Assembly (NCBI GenBank): GCA_012514745.1
Contig: JAAYZR010000025.1
Location: forward strand, 18,930-82,929
DNA length: 64,000 bases
DNA from: Candidatus Undivivens industriae
GTDB taxonomy: Bacteria > Omnitrophota > Gorgyraeia > Gygaellales > Profunditerraquicolaceae
Reading direction: 5' to 3'
Shown piece by piece: positions 42,301-51,300 of the stretch. The notes under the pieces were generated by a model. It saw only the letters and a program-made list of their open reading frames with translations, was not told where the DNA came from and made no database searches. Numbering within the stretch: position 1 is the stretch's first letter; the number at the start of each line of letters is the position of its first letter. Made by a program: the position numbers and the translations under genes.

Positions 42301-45300
42301 GTCGTATCCTCGATATACGGAGGTTCATTATCCTTGATCTTGATCTTGCAGGTCGAAGAGATATTTTCCGGAACGTTCCAGGCGTAGGAATGGTTGTTGG
42401 TAGGCCCGCTATAGACCGGCAGCCAGGTTGTTCCGCCGTTGACGCTGTAGGTAATGGTCACGTCGTCGGAGACCTGCCCGATGATATTCCAGAGTATCTC
42501 ATGGTTTGTCCCGTAAGGCCAGGCCTCCCCGCCGTTGGGCGTGGTGATGGTGATACTGGGAGCGGATATCTTGAAGACCGCGTCGGATGTATCCTGCGTC
42601 GCGGTGCGGGAATAATCGTATATGCGCACCTTACAATTATCCGAAATATCGTTCGGTATATGCCAGATATAGGTACCATCGTTGGGAATACCGCCGGCAA
42701 TGCTTTTCCAGGTGCTGCCGTTGTTGACCGAATATTGCAGAACGAGATTGTTGCTGATTGAATTATGGTCCCCGACGGAAGTCCAGGTCACGGGGTAATC
42801 GATGCCGACCACCCATAATTCACCTCCGTTGGGGGAGGTCAAAGTCAGCGAGGGCGCGATGATGGAGTTGTTATTTTTGGATTCTCCTTTGACTCCGGGC
42901 TGAGAGTCATCGGAGACTCTGATCTTCAACTCGCTGGTAGGCGAATCGGCGGTCTTCCAGGAATAACTGCCGCTGTTGGCCAGGCCGCCGCTGATCATCT
43001 GCCAGGTGCTCCCGCCGTTGACGCTGTATTCAAGTTTGATGGCGTTCAACCCGATGCTCCCCACCGACTCCCAGGTAATACTGTAGGTCCCGGCGGCGTA
43101 AAGAGACTCCCCGCCGTTGGGCCAGGTAAGCGTAAGCTGCGGTTTCTGAATGGTGAAGTCGGCGTCGGAAGAGTCTTCCACCCAGGGGAAATTCTCGCTA
43201 TCGTCGCATTTGATCTTGATCCTGGCGGTGCTGATCTCCACCTCCGGAGGTATCCAGAAATAAGAACCGTTATTGGGCCTCTGGTCGGAAATGACCTCAT
43301 AATGCTCGCCGGAATCGGGAGAGAAATAAACGGTGAGGAACTGGTCGTCCAGGGCATCCCCGATGGTGAACCATTTAACCTCATAGGGGGCGCCGATGGT
43401 GGTCTTTTCCCCGCCGTTCGGCTGCACCAGCACGATTATAGGCTTATCCAGCACCTCGAAATAGGCGTCGCTTTCATCAAAGACTTCCGGCCTGCTGGTA
43501 TCGGTTATCCTGATCTTGACGTTGCCGCCTACAGCGCCCTGAGGTATCACCCAGGAGTAACTGCCGTCGTCCGCCTCGTCCTCGGAAACCGCCGCCCAGT
43601 TCTCTTCCTCATCCACGGAATATTCTATACGCAGGGCGTTCTCTCCTATGGCCCCGTCCGAAGACCAGGCGATCTCGCGAGTATCTCCTCTCACCCACTT
43701 CTCGGAACCGTTGGGAGAGGAGAGCTTGATCGTCGGCAGTGTAATGGTGAAATCGCCTTCGGACGCGGTCTCCATTTGGGCCTGGGTGTCCCTTCCCGGC
43801 GGGACGGCGGTCTCCGCGATGCGGATCCTCACCCGCGAAGAGAGGACGTTCGGGACCGTGCAGGCGTAGGTCCCGGTGTTGCTCACCGATGACTGCAACA
43901 GCGTCCAGTTCGAGCCGCTGTCAACGGAATAATACACGTTAACCAGCGGATTGACGTTACCCCTGTTGTCCCAGGTGATATCCTTCGCGCTGCCGGCTTT
44001 CCACACCTCTCCTCCCACCGGAGAAGTGATGGTCATGGACGGTTTCGGCACGATGGAAAAGACGGTGTTGGAACGATCGGTAATATTGGTATTGTTCATA
44101 TCCGTGATGCGCATTAAACAAACGGAAGAAATATAGCTTTCCCTGTTCGGTATATTCCAGGTGTATAACCCGTTATTGATACGCTGGTCGGCGACCGGCG
44201 GATAGAGCCAGGTAGTCCCTCCGTCGAGCGAACATTCTATCTTCAGGTTGTTGGATACGGTGCCGTAGGAAGACCAGGTGATATTGTGCGTGGAACCGAT
44301 CTCCCACTGATTGCCGCCGTTGGGAGAATTCAATATCAACCCCATTATACCGAACGCGGCGTCCGAAGTATCCCGGATGGCGGAATACTTCTTGCTGGTT
44401 ACCCTGATCAGGGCGTTGGGAGAAGGATTGTTCGCCACCTGCCACTCATAAGCGCCGTTATTGGCCAGATTATCCACTATCAGCATCCAGGTGGAGCCCC
44501 CGTCGGTGGAATACTCGATCTTTACCTGATTATCCGCCCCGTCGATACCCTGCGACGTCCAGGTTATCAAAACGGTGGTGCCGATAGGCAGGGACTCTCC
44601 TCCGTTGGGGGAGGTTATCGTCAACACGGCGTCGAGATAAGAAAATCCCACGTTCTGCAGGACCGGGGTCTCCTGCCCGTAGGAATTCAGTACGGCCTTA
44701 TACTGCACCCAGCGGTCGTTAACGATATCGGAATTCAGAAAATTGACTAAGCTTCCGGAGGGCGTGATGTAATAAGTCGGCTCGGAAGTGGTAAAAACGC
44801 TGACCGTGTCCAGCAGAGGCGTGCCGACGCCGTCGGCGGAATTCAGGAAAGCGCGGAAAAAGAATTCCCCGCTGGGGAATTTTGTCTGGAAAGCGGCGAG
44901 ATTATTATTGATCTCCGGGGCCTCGTTGGTCTGGCTGAACCCGCCGCTCACCTCCTTCCAGGCGGTCCCGTCCCACCAGTGCCAGTTGTAACCGTCGCAG
45001 GAAACCTGGTACTTGATATCGGTGTCCAGCGGTATGGTGTTCACTTCCTGGAAAGCCGTGAGGTTATTGTCATAGAACACCCCCAGCACCGGCTGGATGA
45101 CCGGATTGGTGGTGTAATAAACCTCCATACCGGTGGGATTGGCGGTCTCGGTAAAGACGAAACCCACGTAAGGCTTGACCACGGCCTTCTTATAGACCAT
45201 TATCTTGTCCACGTAGATGGCATCGCTGGAAGAGCGTATGGTCGGCTTTATCGCCAGGCCCGGGCCCGCTACGTATCCGGCGTTATAGGTGAGCTTGTCG

Positions 45301-48300
45301 CCGGTGCTCAACTCGAAGATTACCTGGCCGGTCTGTCCGTTCAGCGTGTCGTGCGGTTTCCAGGACATCTTGTCTTTGTTCCACATGGCGAAGGTATACG
45401 GCGTGCGTATAGAATTCCAGGTCGTGTAGCCGTTGCCGGACTCGGCGTAATAGTAACCGTTGGAACTGATCAACACGTCGTAACCGGCCTTGTAATTGGA
45501 ATTGTTTATGCCGGTGGAGACCTTGGCGTTGGGGTCGCAGATGCCGATGAAATGCCTGCCGGTCTTGTTGGCCGTCTGCCAGGTCACCTCGGTGGTGATA
45601 TCGTAATTCGGGCTGACGTTGGATTTCGCCTGCAGATAACCGTTATGCGCGACCTTGGCCACGCTGCGGCCGCCCTGCGTGGTATCGGTAAGGGTGAATC
45701 TCCAGAAAAGGCTGTTCAGAGAAACCTCGGCGGCATTATCGAAGGTGCCGCTGATGGAGGCGCTCGTGCCGCCGGTAACGGAAGAAGGCAGAACCGGCCC
45801 CGAGCTCAATTGGAATTTACAGGCGATATTGAACAGTGCCGCCGGCGCCGCGGAACTGGAAAAGAGCTGGTTATTGTTCTGGTCGAGGACTGCCCATGAC
45901 CAGGAATAAAGATGCCCTGCGGTCAGGCCGGAAGGCATAGTTATGGAAATATTGCTGATTGTGCTGGTCCCGACCGGTACATTGAAGGTGGTACTGTCTA
46001 TCTCCTGGAAAGATGCCCCTGTGTCCACATCGGTCAGCGTGAAACGGAATCTTAATCCGTTCATGGCTATGGAATAGTTGTTTGTAAAGGTGCCGCCGAT
46101 GGTAGTTATGACCTGCCCCGGCGCCACGTTCTTCTCCATAAAAGGACCGGCCGTCATTCTCAAAAGGTCGTGGTAAAGGGTGAACGGCTGCGCTATACTC
46201 TGCGCCTCCACCAGGGCGCCGTTGGGCCAGCGCAGTTCCCAGTACCAGTCATACGTCCTGCCCGCGACTATGCCGGAAGGGATAGCGACCGTGGTCGAGA
46301 CCGTGCTCGCGCCGGCGGAAAGGTTAAAAGGGCTGCTGTCCATACCGAAGATAGAGGAAATAGTGGTCAGGTTGCAATACTGCGAATCCCATTTGTCCAA
46401 TCCGGCGTCGAAATCATCGAAAAACTCGAAAACGCCGTCCCCGTCGCTAAGGCTGGCCGCGTCTGCCTTGCCGTAATACATATAGATGATCTTCTGCTCC
46501 GTGTACGGCAATACCGGTATCTTCACCCAGAAACGCGCCTCTTTCCCGGTATAAGAGAAAGATTCCGCGTAATAATTCAGCAGGGCGCTTCCGTCTCCGT
46601 CCACGAAACGCACATCCCCGCCGTCGGCCAGGCAGTGCAGCCAGAAATCCCTGTGGTTCTTGTCCACGTCCACCGCCACCTGGAAATCGGTGAGCTCTTG
46701 CGTGTTCAAGGTATTGTCTATCTTGATGGTCTCTTTGTAAAGCCAGCCGGCAAGAGCGGGGCCGTCCGCGGGTTCCTCTTTCGCCACCAGGTAGGTGGAG
46801 ATAAGGTGATTGAACTCCGTGGGTTTCAACACCGGGGTGATCGCCTCTCCGTAAGAACTGTAGGCGTAAACGGCGAACTTTTTCGTGCCGGTCAAATGAA
46901 GGTTGCGCCAGGTGCTCCCGGGATCGAGAGTAGCCATACCTCCCCTGGCCGAAAGGGTCAAAGTGGTGGGGGACGGGCTGATGTCCCCGGTGACGGTGAT
47001 ATTGTTGGCGCCTTCTTCATAATCTATGAGCTTCAGATAACGCGCGCCTCCGGTATTTATATAATAATCCTTGCCCACGCTCACCAGTGTATCGGCGCTC
47101 TGATAGATCTGCCCCTTGCCTCCGTTCATATCGTCTGCCACCGCGCACAGCGGCTTGTCGGCGCTCAAACGCGCGCGCAGGGTCATGGCGCTCCCGGAGT
47201 TCGGGATATGCCTGTAACTCTGCCCTTTGTTCAACGTGCCGCTGTAATCCCCGGTGACCCCGTCCAGATTGTCGAAAACGATGTTGGTGTTATCCTCATA
47301 GGCGGTAAAGGTAACGTTGGCGTCCGGGCAATAGAAATAATACTCCCGCATATCGGGAGAACGCATCTGCTCCGAGGAATCGCCGTGGCCGATCAGCCCG
47401 GCCTGGACCGTGACCGGCTTGGTCGCCTCTATATGCCAAACCTCGCCCCTGGAATCCACCCTGTTCCAGCCGAACCAGAAATTTCCGGCGTCAAGCGTCA
47501 GGGTGCCGGTATCGTCGCCCTTGCCGTAGTCGGTGATCTTGATCTGGGTATCGTCGTTGTAGGCGGTGATGATCACGTCCCCGTCGTAGTTGTAAGCCGG
47601 ACACCAAAGCCAGAGGTCGTTGCCGCTGGCGGTGTAGTAATCGTCGTCCGAGGTGCTGCTCGGTTCTATGGATGAGGCGAATAAGGTAATCGGTTTCTGG
47701 GAATAGACGTGGTAGCAGGTCAGCGCCGTGTCCGTGTATCTCTGCGTTTCTCCCACGGAGGTGAAGTCCAGGAAGGTGGATGCCACCACCTGGCCTTCGG
47801 CGTTCAGTTTCTCTATATAGACGCGGTTGGGGGCATCGGTGGAGATGATGTCGAGGAAAGTGAAGGTCAGGGCGTAGAAATCAGTGCCTATCATAGATTC
47901 CGCCAGACTGGCGTCCGATTCCGAAGTCGCGCTCCATTTACCGTATAACAGGTATATCTCTTTTGCCGTCCCCTGCGGGATACTCGGCACGGTGACCCAG
48001 CAGGAGGCGCTTTTTTTGTCCTTGCTGAAACCCATTACGCGGTATTTCAAAGGCGTTTTGCCGTCGGAATCGGTGAAACGGATGTCGGAGCCGTCGTCTG
48101 CCACATGGTCCCAGAAGTCTATGTCCGCCGAGGGGATCTCCACCTTGACGGTGGTATTTGCGTAGGAGGAGCTCCCCGATGTGTTATCTACCACGATCTT
48201 CTGCCGGTAGAGATAATCTGCCAGCACCTTGGAGAGTTTAGCCGTGCCTGCGGAAAGCACCACCTCGGAGGTGTTGGCGTATTCATAGGCATTCTCGAAG

Positions 48301-51300
48301 TCATAAGTAATTTCCTGCACTCCCTCCGGGCCCAGCCAGGAAGACCAGGCCCCGGGAGAACCGTTGGAATCAGGCGCGGTGCGCATCTGAAAACGGATGT
48401 CGGTACCGGAAGGCAGCGTGGAGGTCCAGAAAAGGCTTTTCAGCCTGTCGGTGGTAAAAGTGGTGTCGTAAGCAGTGGAGACAAGCGTTTCCTGCGCTGG
48501 ATACTTGTTATAATTTATGGTAATACTATCCATCTGCGGCGGGCTGGCAAGGTCGTAGCAGAAGAACCTAAGCCTGTATTGCAGGTATTTGTCCTTGTCG
48601 TTCACCGAGCTGTATGAGGACAGGTCCCTACCCTTGGTTATCTTGCCGGCGTATCCCCAGGCAATGGCGTCGGATAAGGAACTGTTGTTTCCGGTGCGCA
48701 CGCGCACCTCGATCTGCCCCTGGGAGTTATCCTGCCAGGTAACGGCACCGTATCCGGCGTTGTTGCCGATCTCCTTTATCTCCGAGGTGTATTCCCCGGA
48801 AGAAAACAGCAGATACTTCATCAGCGAATAGTTGCCGTATCCGCTGGAGACATAGATGTAATCACCGCTGCCGGGATACATGGCGTTGGCCTGTCCGTCC
48901 ATGGAAAAAGGCATATCCTCGTTCTTCTCCCAGGTATTACTGCTGATGGAATACCTGTAAAAATACGGGGTGCCATAGGCAATATCGTAATTATAGGAAA
49001 CAAAAAGATAGATATAGTCGCCGAACCCGGGGCTGAACAGGCTCGCTCCGACGTTGAGCATCGGCAGAACGGTCAATGTTGACCAGGTGTTGGCCACCGT
49101 ATCGTATTTCCAGAAAGCGGTGGAGCCGTTGCCCGGAGTAACGTAGATGTAATCCCCGCTTCCCGGATATACCAGGTTTGCTCCCAGAGCACAGGCGGAA
49201 GGAGCTGAAGCCACTTCCTTCCAGTCGTTGTTGGCGATCGAATACCTCCATAAGGTAGTGGTGGAACCGCCGCGCAGGACGTAAATATAACCGTCTTTAT
49301 ACTCGATCGCCTGGCCGGTGGAGAAAGTGGCGGGCGGGGCGGCGAGGTTGGTCCAGAGGTCGGTGCTCACCGTGTATTTCCAGAAATCGGAATAACCGCG
49401 CCCCCTGGTAACGTAGATGTCGTCTCCTGTGCCCGGGTAAACGCTCTTGGAATCGTAATAAACGCCCGAAGGCGTGGATTGCAGGGTGTACCACACCGAG
49501 GAAGAAAGATTGTATTTATAACAGGAGGTGGAGTTGCCGCCGCGCAGATAGAATACGTCGTCCCCGGAAGGCATCGGGCATATCGAGGCCCCGTAACTGG
49601 CGCTGGCAGGATAGACTATGGTTTCGTCCCACCTGTTCTGGCTGATGGAATAACGGTTGAAATTAGTGCCCAAATCTCCGTGCCCGGTGCCGAGATAGAA
49701 ATAAATGATATCACCGCTGCCCGGGTAATAACCGCCCGGCATACCGGAGACGGAAAGCGGGGCCTCGGTAAGAATAGTCCAGGAGTTCTGGCTTAAGGAA
49801 TACCTGGCGAAATCCCTGCCCCCGCCCTTCAGGCAGTAGAGATAATCCCCCGCGCCCGGATACATCAGATAACAATAATCGGCGATAGACCAGGGGGCGT
49901 CGGAGAGATATCCCCAGGTATCGCTGTCAATACTGTATTTAGTGAATTTGACCGCCCCGGCCTGTTTAAGCATATAAATACCTTTATACGGGCCGTCGGG
50001 GATGAGACAGGTGCCGTTGCCCTCACTGGAGATCCCCTCCAGCATCGAGGTAAGCGCGACCCAGGAACCGCCGGACTCGTCGTCAGTGAACTTGAGAAAA
50101 GTGGTGGAGTTATAGTACCCGGGGCAGACGTAGATACTGCTTTCGTCGCTGACCATACGCGCGCCATAGGTGAACATATAGGGGCTGGAATTTATCTGCA
50201 TCCAGATCCCGGTCTCGGTGTTGTATTTCCAGAAATTCTTGTTCATATTCCCTTCCGAGACATAGATGTAATCCCCGCTGCCCGGATAAACCGCCCTGTG
50301 CCCTGCCCCGTGCACGATAAAGGGGAGTTTTATAAGATTCACCCATTTTTTTCGGCTGATAGAGTATTTCCAGACGTAGTTCGACCATCTGTTCGAGAAG
50401 AGATACATATAATCGCCTTTTACCACCAGACTACCGGAGACGTTCCTGCCCGGCCCGAAGTTATAATTCACCAGCGGATTGTTCCACTCTCCTGTGGCAA
50501 AAGTATAAGTCTGCACTCCTCCATATCCGTAGTAACCTACGTTATACAACTTTGTGTCGCTGGCGCACAGCTTGCCTTTTTGAAACACCGGAGGGAAAAA
50601 AAGCGTCTGCCAGGAATTGGTGGATATATTGTATTTAAAGAAAGCTCTGCGAAATTCCAGGTTGCATGCCCCTCCCTCGCTGTAATAAATGGCGTTCTCG
50701 GAAGATGAATAAACGAGTCTCCCCTGGCATTGCGACCTCCAGCAGTCGGGAAGGTTGGCCCTGCGCTCCCAGGTACCGGTAGAGAGCCTGTAACTCATGA
50801 ACTCCGTGCGGGCACTGGCGCGGAACATATATATGTAATCCGAACCGTCGTAAGCGGCGCAGACCCCGGTCTGAAAGGTCCCGTAGGGATTGGTGCTCAC
50901 CGTGGCCCAGGCGCGGCCGGTTTTATCGTACCTGTATAGATTCGCGGTATAGGTGACCGTGCCGCCGGTATTATTCCTGCCTCCCAGACAATACACGTAA
51001 TCATCCGTAACCACCAGCCTATTCCCCCCATAAGCCAAGTTCTGCGGCAAGGCCGGCAGCTGTTCCCAGCTCTGGGATGTGAGACTATAGCGGGAAAATC
51101 CATCCTGCTCATACCCCTGGAGGCAATATATATAATCATCTCCCTGTTTATACCCCAGACATCCTCCTCTGTGGATTCCTAAAGTATTGCCGGCGAAAGT
51201 AACATCCGAAAGCTTCTCCCATTGAAAGGAGACTGCGGTATTGCTGGAATTGACGGGATTGAAAGTAAGGAAATACCGATAGAAGTTTCTGGTGCCTTCG